Source: Pelagomonas calceolata (Eukaryota). Taken from it: a DNA stretch of 64,000 nt. This document shows positions 20,406 through 31,036 of the stretch, piece by piece. The position numbers and the translations under genes are program-made. The stretch covers positions 1,612,001-1,676,000 of the forward strand of contig CAKKNE010000003.1 of assembly GCA_918797485.1 (NCBI GenBank), in the 5' to 3' direction. The notes below the pieces were generated by a model. That model saw nothing but the letters and a program-made list of their open reading frames with translations. It was not told the origin of the DNA and searched no databases. Within the stretch, counting starts at the first letter, position 1, and every line of letters starts with the position of its first letter.

Positions 20406-23400
20406 ATGCCCGTCATCAAGTACAAGACGAAGGAGGAGGAGCTCCAGGCCCGCGTCGACGCCATGGCCAAACCTAAATTCGCGACGAAGGCCGAGGAGGA
20501 GAAAGCAAGGGACGCGCGCGCCGTCGAGCGGGCCAAACGGGCTTCTTTTGATGATGCCAAGGCCACGGAGGAGGAGAAGAGCGAGCCCGAGAAGAAGAGC
20601 GTCGGCTTCCTCGCGTCATTAGATACTGATGGCGACGGGAAAATAAGCGCGTCCGAGATGCTGGCTGGTGGTAGTCGAGCTTTGAGGTCCGCGGGCAGCG
20701 CCGTGTCGTCGTCGATGGCGTCAGCATCGGGCATGGACCTCGATGGCGACGGCGTCGTCACCGCAGCAGAAGTCGCCGAGGCCGCGCGAATCCAAAAGGA
20801 AAAGGCGTACCAGGCGTATCAGGCGACGAGAAATGAGTTAAATACCTGGAATGAACTTAGGAGGTCAGGAGACTATGATGAACTGTTAGATAGGATGGGC
20901 AACAAGCTGTACAGCGTCAAAGATGCGATGTCGAGGCGCCTCGAGAAGCTTGCTAAGGATGACGACAGCTACGGTTCGGAAGAAACGGTCGATGCGCCGC
21001 TGTTCGAGCCCTTGACGAAGCATTTTACGTACCCGAAGGATCGGCCGAAACCCCTCCCAGACCCGGACTTCGCGCTACACATTGGGTACCGAGATGCGAT
21101 CGACAAGGCGAATCGAATGAGGAATGAGAAGCTGAGGAAGGCCGCTATACGCATAACAAGACCCACAGAGAAAGGCCACGACGGCATATTGAGAATAGGT
21201 AGTCGTAGAAGGAGATCAGAGGCGATCTCGCGCCACGAGCTGGGCCGACCGCAAACACCGGGAACGCCCTCCAAACATTTCAAAGGGAGGCACCACTACC
21301 CGAAGGGCGAGGGGGCACCCAGTCCTACGGTTGCCGACCGGTTGAAGAGGGGCGCGTCGAACCTGTTCGACGACGTCCGGAACTTTTCCGCGGGCGGCGT
21401 GATGAAGTCCGGCAAAGGCGCGGCGAGTAACATGATGGGCAAGGTGCAGCGCGTGTCCTTCGACTCCGTCGAATCTTCGCTAGGCAAGGCGGGGTCGTCC
21501 GTCGTCTCGTCGTTCAGCAAAGTGGGCTCGTCTATGAAACACGGCCTGGACGCGGACGGCGACGGCCACCTGTCTGCGGCCGACTTGGCCGGCGCCGCGA
21601 AGCAATCCGCTAAAAACATATTAGGGGGCGCGAAGTCGATGTTCAAGGGCGTCAAGGGCGTCGGAAGTTCGATCAAGAGCGGCCTCGCGCACGGCCTCGA
21701 CGCCGACGGCGACGGCAAGATTGAGCTATCGGACTTCACAAGTAGAGCAAAATCTGGAGCAAAGTCGCTCGTAGCCTTACCAGGTGCCGCGGGGAGAGCG
21801 GTCATGTCCGCGGGAGGGGCCCGGGCGCCGGCACCAGCACCAGTTATGGAGATAGAGTCTCCCGTGAGACCGACGTCGGCCGGTGAATTTTTCCCAAGAC
21901 GGTCCGCCTACTACGTGCGCCAGGCGCCGCCAGGAAGTACGGACGAAGACAAGATGTGGGGCGCGCAGCAAGGTTTGAGGGCGCGCGGTCTACGTAGAAG
22001 ACTGGCGAACGCCGTTCGAGCATTGGCGTCACATGTAGGCAATGATCATGAACAAACGAAGGCAGGGTGGTTGTGGTTCCTGGAAAAGCACGGCGCCTGG
22101 AAGCGCCGGTTCTACGAGTTACATGGGACGTCATTGATCGCCTTCGACGGCCCGCGCCAGTGGCGGCCCAAGGAAGCTCGAGTTGAAAGGAGAAGAATAG
22201 AGTGCGGCTGGGCTGTTTGTCATGCTAAATTAGTAGATGAGATCGCACACCGGAACGCTGGTTTGGCCTTCTTTGCACCTCATAGAGCGCGACAACAGGC
22301 GAAGGAGCCTGATGGATTGGCGTCCGTGTTTCTGTCTGGTATCGAGTCGGAGGCGCCCCTGTCGTTGACGGTCTACGGAAGGGAGGAGAAGGAGGACGTC
22401 GCAGTGTTATTCAGAGCGGAGCGCGACGAAAGTTCCGACAGCTGGGCGGCGGCCATCCGCCAGGCGTGTCTACGGGCGAATTTGAACTGTAAAGAACATA
22501 AAGAACAGGCGGCCGCGTCTCTCTTGCAGGATTTGGCCACGGCCCAGGCGCTGACGGCGCATCGCCGCGATTCTGTGTTCGGTGAATTGGAAAGGAAGGG
22601 TTTATTAGATAGAAGAGGCGTCACGCGCGTCAAGGAGGGGTTTGTCGAGCTGGCGTACTTGCCTCCGGTGACGGCCGTCGATCCGGAAATAAGGCAACGA
22701 GCGGAACAAGCTGAGGTGACGTGGCTCCGGGCCTTCGTGACGCTCGGTGAGGACGCGGCTTTACACATCGGCACGGACGCCGCGGAGGCGAGGTCTCATG
22801 AGCCCCTCATCGTGCTGTCGTTGCGGAACTGCGCCTTTGAAATAGACTTTGAGAGTAGAAAGGGCCATGTGGAGTTGCGATTAAAAACGAGACTAAGGGA
22901 GGTGCGCTTCCGGCCGAAACATAAGGTCGCGCTGGAGGCCTGGCTCACGGCGATGAGGGATGTCCTCGCACAAGCAACGAGAGCGAACGACGTCCCGGGC
23001 GCAACATTGATGGAGTTCCGACCGAGGGATGGCCCGCTCATGGGCAAGGGCGCCGTCGAGAGCGACGCGGCGCTGGCTACGTTGTTACACGCGGCGGACG
23101 ACGTGTTAGACGTATCGTTGGAGGACGTGTTACTATCGAATGAAATGAGGGACGCGTTCCGCTCTTTTCTAGGGGAGAATGATGTCGTGGTGGACACTTG
23201 GCGAAGTGCCGGCGCTTTATTGGATTGCATGCGGAAGCATCGGATTGACATGAGGCACGCTGGTAATAAAGAGATAGAAGCCTCGGCCAAGGCTGCGGAC
23301 ACGGTTGACGAGTTAAGAGACCAGCTGAAACTCGTGTGGTCCCACAAGACGAACGAGTGGAGCAAGGCTGGTTCATTACCTGAGGGAGTGCTGAAAGGAC

Positions 23401-24974
23401 CCTTGCATCGCGAAGCGTGGGAGGCGTTATGTCCTGTCGACCAGTATGGGGATGAGCGCGACGTGGAGGATGTCTTGGTGGAGCCCTCTTATGATGATCT
23501 CTTTGCACAAGTAAGGGCGCAGTGTTATACATACTTGGTGCCGAAACTGGAGACGTTCCGCGACGCGCCGAAGTTCGAGTACGTGGCGCGGCGGTTTTTG
23601 AATTTGACTGAAATAGAGGACCCCGATCCAATAAGTCACGTCGACGACGCTCTGACAGCGCTCCAAGCTCATGGAGACGCGCTCCCGTCAGATGACGAAA
23701 GTTCGTACGACTCGGAGGAGGAGTCGTATTCGGAGTCGTACTCTTCCTCCGAAGACGAGGAGTCTTTAGCGGAATCGTCGTTAGCGAGTGCGCCGCCCGT
23801 CGTACCACCAAAGGAGGTAGATCGGAGCAAACCGCTACCGTTGGGTAGACGTTTAGTACTGTACAACCCCGTGCCCTGGACCCTGACCAAACCAGACAAG
23901 GGCGCGCCCATCGCGCGCACATCAAAGAAGGACCACCAGACGCCCAAGAAAGGCAACGTCGTCAAGGGTGAAGTGTATGTGACTTTGGGCGACGGCGTGA
24001 ATGAAATCGGTCGAGGCGGGGATTGCGCCGTCGTGCTGCACACGGACGCGCGGTGCTCAAGGGTCCATGGGAGGTTCGAGGTCGAGCCGCACCCTCATGC
24101 AAGAGAAAATTGTCCTACTTGTCAGTTCGATCGGTCGAGCGTCGACGCGTGCCGGAAGTTCTGCGACGAGTGCCGGTGTTTTATATGTAAGAAGCCTGCG
24201 AGATTATGTAGCGACTGGTCCGCGCACTGCCTCGCCGCGTCCACCTCAATCCAGAGTCAGCAACGGCGCAAACTTTATGAACGGCGTCGTATCAAGAACG
24301 GCGAGCCGAAGTTTGAAGAAACGTTAACGGCTCGATGTTTTTATGTGGATCTCGGCTCGTCACGAGGCACGTTGGTGAACGGCAGTCTGGCGCGAGGTCG
24401 CGTGCCGCTGCGACCCGGGGACTCTATCAAGATTGGCCATACCTCATTAACGTTCGCGATCCAACAAGCCGGCGCGGCGAAGCCTTTGCGCTGCGAGCCC
24501 GACTCCGAGTCGTCCGATGATGATAGTGAACCGAAGAAGAAGCCGAGCCTGCTCAAGGACATGATGCGTTCCACCCTGTCGGGCATCACGGCGAAGAAGG
24601 AGCTCGGCATCGACAGTGACCAGCAGGATATCGACCTGAAGAAGGCCGAGAGGGACACGACGGCGCTCGAAGGCGTGGGCAGCAAGGACGAGCGCATGAA
24701 GCGCTTGAACGCGATGCGGTCGAAGACGCAGTCGGCCGCGGAGCGGCGCGAATCTACGAAACACATGGGCGACATGGGGGGCCGGTCATCAAGTCCGGAC
24801 GTGCACAAGCTCGCCAAAAAAAGGGCGAACTCGCCGATGGACGAGCTCATGTCTTCTAGGCACGCGACCCAAGAGGACGAGAACTCCTTCGGGTCCCAGG
24901 GCAAGGAGCACTCGGGTTTGGGCTTTCTCAAGAAGGCCGAGAAGAAGAAGAGCTTCAAGTGGGGGAGCAAGTAA
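20406..24974 (+). CDS. Large signalling-type protein: EF-hand-like DxDGDG loops, two PH-like domains, possible RGS-like region, FHA domain
   Basis: Four D(T/L/A)DGDG loops; KAGWLWFLEKHGAWKRRFYEL; VKEGFV...LEAWLTAM; IGRG..SRVHG...DLGSSRGTLVNG..LRPGDSIKIG. Confidence 0.75.
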   Translation: MPVIKYKTKEEELQARVDAMAKPKFATKAEEEKARDARAVERAKRASFDDAKATEEEKSEPEKKSVGFLASLDTDGDGKISASEMLAGGSRALRSAGSAVSSSMASASGMDLDGDGVVTAAEVAEAARIQKEKAYQAYQATRNELNTWNELRRSGDYDELLDRMGNKLYSVKDAMSRRLEKLAKDDDSYGSEETVDAPLFEPLTKHFTYPKDRPKPLPDPDFALHIGYRDAIDKANRMRNEKLRKAAIRITRPTEKGHDGILRIGSRRRRSEAISRHELGRPQTPGTPSKHFKGRHHYPKGEGAPSPTVADRLKRGASNLFDDVRNFSAGGVMKSGKGAASNMMGKVQRVSFDSVESSLGKAGSSVVSSFSKVGSSMKHGLDADGDGHLSAADLAGAAKQSAKNILGGAKSMFKGVKGVGSSIKSGLAHGLDADGDGKIELSDFTSRAKSGAKSLVALPGAAGRAVMSAGGARAPAPAPVMEIESPVRPTSAGEFFPRRSAYYVRQAPPGSTDEDKMWGAQQGLRARGLRRRLANAVRALASHVGNDHEQTKAGWLWFLEKHGAWKRRFYELHGTSLIAFDGPRQWRPKEARVERRRIECGWAVCHAKLVDEIAHRNAGLAFFAPHRARQQAKEPDGLASVFLSGIESEAPLSLTVYGREEKEDVAVLFRAERDESSDSWAAAIRQACLRANLNCKEHKEQAAASLLQDLATAQALTAHRRDSVFGELERKGLLDRRGVTRVKEGFVELAYLPPVTAVDPEIRQRAEQAEVTWLRAFVTLGEDAALHIGTDAAEARSHEPLIVLSLRNCAFEIDFESRKGHVELRLKTRLREVRFRPKHKVALEAWLTAMRDVLAQATRANDVPGATLMEFRPRDGPLMGKGAVESDAALATLLHAADDVLDVSLEDVLLSNEMRDAFRSFLGENDVVVDTWRSAGALLDCMRKHRIDMRHAGNKEIEASAKAADTVDELRDQLKLVWSHKTNEWSKAGSLPEGVLKGPLHREAWEALCPVDQYGDERDVEDVLVEPSYDDLFAQVRAQCYTYLVPKLETFRDAPKFEYVARRFLNLTEIEDPDPISHVDDALTALQAHGDALPSDDESSYDSEEESYSESYSSSEDEESLAESSLASAPPVVPPKEVDRSKPLPLGRRLVLYNPVPWTLTKPDKGAPIARTSKKDHQTPKKGNVVKGEVYVTLGDGVNEIGRGGDCAVVLHTDARCSRVHGRFEVEPHPHARENCPTCQFDRSSVDACRKFCDECRCFICKKPARLCSDWSAHCLAASTSIQSQQRRKLYERRRIKNGEPKFEETLTARCFYVDLGSSRGTLVNGSLARGRVPLRPGDSIKIGHTSLTFAIQQAGAAKPLRCEPDSESSDDDSEPKKKPSLLKDMMRSTLSGITAKKELGIDSDQQDIDLKKAERDTTALEGVGSKDERMKRLNAMRSKTQSAAERRESTKHMGDMGGRSSSPDVHKLAKKRANSPMDELMSSRHATQEDENSFGSQGKEHSGLGFLKKAEKKKSFKWGSK

Positions 24975-25013
24975 TCATATGTTAGTGTGTTACTACGCCT
25001 ATGCTACGAGGGC

Positions 25014-25689
25014 CTAGTGAATCTTCGGCTTCGGCGGCTCCGTGACCAGCCCCTGGGCCACAATCCAGCAGATCGATTCGATGGCGAGCATGGCGCAGAA
25101 GGGCGTCACCGAGCCCTTGTTCTCCATGGCCGGGTTGTTCTTCTTGTTCGTCCAGTGCCTGCGCGGACACAGCAAAATGTCACGGCGCCTTCGACTGACT
25201 GAGTGATGGCCACCCAGCCCCGTACGCCTCCATCAGGTCGTTCATGGGCAGGAAGACCTTGATAGTCCATATGTTTCCAAGGACGTAGAGGGTTCCGAGT
25301 GTCTTAGCAAGTGTCGTCTTGCCGCCCGTGAGAGCCACGGCTATCTTCGTGAGGGCAATAATTCCGATAAACGTGCCCCAGCCGTTCGCCGTGCACTCCA
25401 TGCGGTCCGAGTGCGTCTCCGACGTGCCCAGCGGCCTGTGCGTGCGAACGGTGAGTCTGCTTCCGCCATCGACGAGACGCGAGGCACGCACACGCCGTAC
25501 CACCACGATTGCAAATATTCTTCATCTGGCATGATGACCTTGCCCGTCATGAAGTTGTCGCGGATGCCTGTGAATATAACAGTCGGCAAATCAGCGCATA
25601 ACAGTGATTGCTGCGCTGCTGGATCTACCTCCAAGAAAGAAAAAAAGGGCTTGGACCGCGACTATACCATAGGCAGTAGCGTGCGGCAT
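25014..25689 (-). CDS. Small multi-TM protein with 4 exons
   Basis: Manual splicing of three GT-AG introns (acceptors CACAG/CGCAG) gives a continuous frame MPHATAYGIVAVQALFFFLGG...EPPKPKIH*. Confidence 0.65.
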
Positions 25690-26019
25690 GGTACCAAAAC
25701 GATCGATGGCAGCAGCGGATGGACAGTTGCGTGGCGCGTGGCGGAACAGCGCGCAGCTCTTCTGGGCAGCCCTGCCTCTGCCTCTCCAACAGCCTTCTCC
25801 GGCACGCCAATACCCGAGAAGCTGTGCCGTAGGAAGACTCGTCGCAACGACTGCCCGTGACCAGTGGGCGAGAGAAGTCAAGGAAACCTGCTAGCGGCCT
25901 GAAAGACACTAGCAAGCCAAGCCAGCAGGCTTTGGAGATGAGTTGCTGAACGCTATCACGCATACTAGCATAAATCATTGGCACTCCTGAATTTGCAAGC
26001 GCACAGCCGTGCAGCAGCG

Positions 26020-27603
26020 ATGACAGCACTCAGCAGCAGCCGAGCGCCCCTCGACAACGACGACGTCGAGCCGCTGGGCCTGTCGCTGCTCGAATTGGAG
26101 GAGGAAGAAACGACGGACCACGTCATCGGCGACTTGACCATAACGCTGCGCGGCTACCCGCGGAGCAGCGGCCAGACGCTGCAGTGCACGGGCGAGACGA
26201 CGTGGCGCGGCGGCGACCTCCTGGCGCGGCACCTGTGGCGGCGCCGCGCGACGACGGCCTCCGTGGTCGAGGTCGGCAGCGGGCTGGGCCTCGTGGCGCT
26301 GGCCGCGAAACGGCTCGGCGTCGCGCCGGTCGTCGTCGCGACGGACGGCGACGACCGCGCCCTGGATAAATTGAGGAGAAATTGCGGGCGCGAGGTCGCG
26401 GTCGAGCGGCTGCGCTGGGGCGATTCTGAGGATGTACGCCGCGTCCTCGCCCACGCGAAAACCGGCTTCTCCCTGGTCCTCGGCGCCGACGTCGCCTACA
26501 CGGCGGAGGCCGTGGCGCCGCTGGCGCGGACGTGCCGCGCGTTACTGGCGCCCGGCGGTCAAGTGATTATCGCCTACACGCGGCGCCACGTCGATGCCAA
26601 CGAAGTTCTCGAGGCCTTCGCGGACGAGGGGCTCGTGATGAGGCGCGACGCTTTGTCAGATGACGAGAGGGAAGATGCTGGCGATCGGGTGTGGTACTTT
26701 TCATTGGTGGAGCCCCCTTCATTCGAGTCGTCGGAGGACGAGGAGGAGGAGCCCTGGGCCTTCGATGTCGAGCAAGCGGCTGAATCACTAGCGTCGGAGG
26801 GCTACGCGGTCGTCGAGAACGCGACGCGCGGCCTCGCCCGTACGTTGAGGAGGGAAGTCCTGAGCCTCGCGGAGCACTCCTTGCTAAGAGCGTCGCCGAA
26901 CGCGCTGCGCACGTCGACCGGAAGGGAAGTCAGGGCCAAGACGAACGTCGAGGAGCTCCAGATCCATATTCGGGGCGCGCCGATTCTAGATGACGCGGCG
27001 GTTGTTGCCGCCCGGAACCTCTGCCCGGCGCTCAGAGACTTTGGGAGCAGCGAAGCAAGGGTCCTCGGCTCGAAACTATCATCAAAACTCGGCGCTTCAC
27101 TAAGAGTGGACGAGGTCAAGGCCGCGGTGCACGGCGCCGGCGGCTGCTTTCCCGCGCATCTGGACACGACGGACGCGACGGGCCGCTGCGTGACGGGTAT
27201 TTTGTACCTGGCGGCCGCCGACGTGGCGGGCGGCGAGCTCCGAATCTACCCGTCGTCGGGCGGCCCGCCCGTCGACGTCGCGCCGTCGCTGGATACGCTC
27301 GTGCTGTTTTCTTCTACCACAACTTTACATCGGACGCTGCCTCTGAAACGCGGTTCGAGGCCGCTTGTGTCGTTCTGGTTTTCATCTACAAAACCTCTGT
27401 TGGCGGACCGGACGGCTTCCAATAAGCTGGTCAAGCTCCTGCACGCCGGCGACTACGCCCGGTCCTTCCGCGACGCGTTTACGGTGGACGGCGCGGTCGA
27501 GGACGCGCTGGCCCTCGACGCGGCGGCGAACGCGGCCGCCGAGGCCGCGCTTTCTGATGATGAGCGGGCGACGCTCGAGGCGTGGCGGCGGCGGCTGGCG
27601 TGA
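26020..27603 (+). CDS. Fusion of a family-16-like SAM methyltransferase and a 2OG-Fe(II) prolyl-hydroxylase-like domain
   Basis: TGETTWRGG, VVEVGSGLGL, LRWGD, LGADVAY; then FPAHLD, VTGILYL, GGELRIYP, LHRTLP. Confidence 0.8.
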   Translation: MTALSSSRAPLDNDDVEPLGLSLLELEEEETTDHVIGDLTITLRGYPRSSGQTLQCTGETTWRGGDLLARHLWRRRATTASVVEVGSGLGLVALAAKRLGVAPVVVATDGDDRALDKLRRNCGREVAVERLRWGDSEDVRRVLAHAKTGFSLVLGADVAYTAEAVAPLARTCRALLAPGGQVIIAYTRRHVDANEVLEAFADEGLVMRRDALSDDEREDAGDRVWYFSLVEPPSFESSEDEEEEPWAFDVEQAAESLASEGYAVVENATRGLARTLRREVLSLAEHSLLRASPNALRTSTGREVRAKTNVEELQIHIRGAPILDDAAVVAARNLCPALRDFGSSEARVLGSKLSSKLGASLRVDEVKAAVHGAGGCFPAHLDTTDATGRCVTGILYLAAADVAGGELRIYPSSGGPPVDVAPSLDTLVLFSSTTTLHRTLPLKRGSRPLVSFWFSSTKPLLADRTASNKLVKLLHAGDYARSFRDAFTVDGAVEDALALDAAANAAAEAALSDDERATLEAWRRRLA

Positions 27604-27816
27604 TGGTTGTGTAATGTTGTTGAAGTTGTCGAAACACCTGCCCAACACCGTTTTTCAACCGAATTCGGAAAAAAAAGCTAGCGGCCTTCAGACACTCTAG
27701 AAAGCAGCTGCCGGTTGGCGCACGCACACGAAGCTCGCACGCGTGCAGCGACCAAAACAGGGGCTTCGGGCTGCCTATTTACGCCCACCGGCTGCTTGCC
27801 GCACCGGCGGTCAAAA

Positions 27817-28884
27817 ATGGCTGCCCACCTCAACGCCCACAAGCCGGCAACAGCGTCGCGCTGGGTCGTCGCGCCGACGCGCCTCGCGAACGAGACGGCG
27901 ATCCACTTCCACGCCCACGCGGCCGACGCGCACCACCTGAAGCGCGCCCTGGACGCCGGCGGCGACCCGGACGGGGCCGCGCTGCTGGCGCACTTCAGCC
28001 CGCCGCTCCATCTGGCCGCGGCGGCGGGCTGCGAGGCCTGCGTGGAGCTTTTGTTAAAGCGCGGCGCGGCCCTCGTCCAGGACTCGAAGAGGAGAGGAGG
28101 GCGGACGGCGCTGCACCAGGCGGCCATCGCCGGCGCGCCGAAGTGCGCGGAACTATTACTGGAGGCGGGCGAGGACGCGAATGTGTGTGATACCGCCGGC
28201 GATACCACTCCTCTGCACGCCGCGGCCTTTGCTGGACACGCGGCCGTCGTCGAGGTGCTCTTGGAGCGCGGCGCCGACGCTTTGCTGCGGTCGAAGTCCG
28301 GCGAGACGCCTCTCCATGCCGCCTGCCGAGGACGGAGAGACGCGTGCGTCGCGCTGCTCGCGAAGCACGTCGCCCACGACAAGGCCCTGTCGCAGCTGCC
28401 GGGTGTGGTGGATCACCTCACGGCGCCGATCCAGACCGGCGACTTGTATTCAAGACCGTCGCAGCAGGCGCGCGCCGCGGGCAGCGAGGCCTGCGCCGCG
28501 CCCATCGACGCCGTCGTGCGCGACTGCCAAGCTAGGTTGTACCCCAAGGACCCGCGCGCCTCGGCGAAGCCCTGGGCCACCGCCATCGCCTCGCGGCACC
28601 ACGGGACGCCTCGACGACCGCCGCCCGAGCGCATGAAAAAGCCGGTCAACGACCAGACGGCGCGCGCGAAGCCCCTCGAGGACAAGCCGACGATTAATAC
28701 AAGGAACTGGACGTCGTCGAACCACGGCCACGCCTTCGGCCAGACGCGGTGCGCGCTCTGCGACCCCATCGCGAAGGACGAGCGGGGCCGGCGATGCAAC
28801 GCAACCCATGGAACGGCGCAGCACGCGGCCTGGACGGATATGCGGCGGGCGCACCTGTCCGCGGGCGGCGTCGTTATTCCTTGA
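27817..28884 (+). CDS. Ankyrin repeat protein
   Basis: PPLHLAA, TALHQAA, TPLHAAA, TPLHAAC. Confidence 0.85.
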   Translation: MAAHLNAHKPATASRWVVAPTRLANETAIHFHAHAADAHHLKRALDAGGDPDGAALLAHFSPPLHLAAAAGCEACVELLLKRGAALVQDSKRRGGRTALHQAAIAGAPKCAELLLEAGEDANVCDTAGDTTPLHAAAFAGHAAVVEVLLERGADALLRSKSGETPLHAACRGRRDACVALLAKHVAHDKALSQLPGVVDHLTAPIQTGDLYSRPSQQARAAGSEACAAPIDAVVRDCQARLYPKDPRASAKPWATAIASRHHGTPRRPPPERMKKPVNDQTARAKPLEDKPTINTRNWTSSNHGHAFGQTRCALCDPIAKDERGRRCNATHGTAQHAAWTDMRRAHLSAGGVVIP

Positions 28885-29083
28885 ACTTGTCGTGGCGATG
28901 GCGTGCCCCTCCGTAGAGTTGGGGACCGCTCGTACGCCATCGACTCGACACTCCCCCGCAGGCGGCGAAAGCGCAAGGAGGACAAGCTCGCGCGGACGCG
29001 CGGGCGTTTGGCGCCCGGAGAGGTGCCGTGGAACCCGCACTAGTCCACGCCGTCGACCAACCAGGGGTAAGTTCTAGTTGTTC

Positions 29084-30289
29084 TTACGCGGCCAACTCGG
29101 CAACTTTCGCGGCGACGAGGTCGCCCATCTCCTTGCAGCCGACCAACGTCTCGTCGGCGTTGCCCTCGTTGACGATGTCCCTCGTGCGGTAGCCCGCGTC
29201 GAGCACCGCCTCGACGGCGTCCTCGAGCAGCTTCGCGAGGTCCGGTTGCAGCAAATCGTACTGGCACATCATCGCCGCGGAGAGGATCATGGCCAGCGGG
29301 TTCGCCGCGTCCGTGCCCGCGATGTCCGGGGCCGAGCCGTGGATGGGCTCGAAGACGCCGGGACCTTCTGAGGGGAGCGACGCGCTCGGCAACATGCCCA
29401 AGCTTCCGACGAGCATCGACGCCTCATCACTCAAGATGTCCCCGAAGATGTTGCCGCAGACGATCGTGTCGAACTGCTTCGGCCACCTGACTAATTGCAT
29501 GGCCGCGTTATCTACATACATATGAGAAAGCTCGACGCCTTGCCCGCACTCCCCATGCACGCGAATCACGACGTCCTTCCAGAGCTGCGACACGTCCAGC
29601 ACGTTCGCCTTGTCGATGGAGCAGCACCGCCCTTGTCTTTTTTGGGCCACGTCCATGGCGACGCGCGCAATTCTTTCAATTTCGGGCTCGGAGTAAATCA
29701 TGTTGTTCTGGCCCCATCTCACACCAGCATCGTCGGTGTAGATGCCCGCGGGCTTGCCAAAATACACATCGCCGCACAGCTCGCGCACGACCATGATGTC
29801 CACACCCTCAACCACCTCTCTCTTTAATGACGAGGCATCCAACAACTGCGGGATGGCCTTCGCCGGTCTGAGGTTGGCGAACAGCCCGAGCTGCTGGCGC
29901 ATCGCTAATAGTCCAGTCTCCGGTCTTAATTCGCGCGGGTTGCCGTCCCACTTGGGCCCGCCGATCGCCGCCATCAAGATCGAGTCCGCCGCCTGGCAAC
30001 TCTTCAAGGTTTTGTCCGGCCAGGGCGTGCCCTCCTTATCAATGGCGCAGCCGCCCAACAACTGCTCGTCGAAGTCAAAGGTGACGCCCTTGGTCTTGCC
30101 CGCCGCCACTAAAGCTTTGACCGTCGCGGTCGTGATCTCGGGGCCGATGCCGTCGCCCGGTAGCAACGTGATCTTGTAGGAGTCCTGGGGCGCGGCGACG
30201 GCGCGGAGCTGCGTTTTCGTTGGCTTCGGTGCGGGCGGCGCGATGAGGGCGTCGCTGCATGCTGCGAGGAGGGCTAGCGAGAGCTTCAT
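29084..30289 (-). CDS. leuB: 3-isopropylmalate dehydrogenase, plastid-targeted
   Basis: LPGDGIGPEI, LFANLRP, DKANVL, VDNAAMQL, NIFGDILSD, EPIHGSAPDIAG; N-terminal signal peptide. Confidence 0.95.
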   Translation of the reverse strand: MKLSLALLAACSDALIAPPAPKPTKTQLRAVAAPQDSYKITLLPGDGIGPEITTATVKALVAAGKTKGVTFDFDEQLLGGCAIDKEGTPWPDKTLKSCQAADSILMAAIGGPKWDGNPRELRPETGLLAMRQQLGLFANLRPAKAIPQLLDASSLKREVVEGVDIMVVRELCGDVYFGKPAGIYTDDAGVRWGQNNMIYSEPEIERIARVAMDVAQKRQGRCCSIDKANVLDVSQLWKDVVIRVHGECGQGVELSHMYVDNAAMQLVRWPKQFDTIVCGNIFGDILSDEASMLVGSLGMLPSASLPSEGPGVFEPIHGSAPDIAGTDAANPLAMILSAAMMCQYDLLQPDLAKLLEDAVEAVLDAGYRTRDIVNEGNADETLVGCKEMGDLVAAKVAELAA

Positions 30290-30503
30290 GGTGCAGTCGC
30301 TGTCTGTTGTTTGCGGGTGTAGTTGGCTGGTGCAAGCAAGTGATTATCTCTGCCGAGGACGCACTCACGTTGGTGGGCAGTCTTTGCACGAGGAGCTCAA
30401 GCTTTGCTGCAGCACGCTCCTGATAGCCAAAAAACGTGAGTGGTTCTAGTGTCTTACAGCCGCTAGCTTGTGGTGGGTTCAATAAAGCGACTCTCTCTCT
30501 CTC

Positions 30504-30890
30504 TTAGCCACAGGATTCGAAAGAGAAATTACTCGGGTTCGGGAGCCCGACGTGCTTTCCGAGCGGCGCCTCGCCGCCTTCGCGAAGAACACCCGCGTGG
30601 TCGAAGCGCAGCGCGTCGGCCGAGCCCGCGGGTACCAACACGAGGCGCGGCGCGCCGTCGAGCGCTTCCGGGAGATGATCCGTCGCCGAGGGCACCACCT
30701 CCCCCACGACCTCCCCCATGATTGGCTCGGCCGTGGCGACCGGTAAGCCCCGCGCATACTCTTCCGCGTATGCTTCCGCCTGCACATACTCTTTCTCCAT
30801 GAGTGCGCTGCCGCCTGTAAGCTCTGCTATGGCTGCCCTTGTCAAAAAGCCGGGCAGTTCTTCGAACCCGCACACGAGGAAGCCTCTCAT
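30504..30890 (-). pseudogene. Short or truncated relative of the adjacent 31037 gene
   Basis: PRLVLVPAGSADALRFDHAGVLREGG and AEPIMGEVVGEVV resemble segments of the 31037-32098 protein. Confidence 0.45.
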
Positions 30891-31036
30891 TGGATGAAGA
30901 GTCTACAAGGAGGGTTGTATGGGCTTCATAGGCCTCGACCTCCCGAGATTTTTCCAAGCAAGCTCGACAGCCAGAGGAAAAGCCCCAGGAGTGTGAAAAA
31001 AAGGCTGCCGGAGCCGATTGGCCGAGTAGTTAAGCG

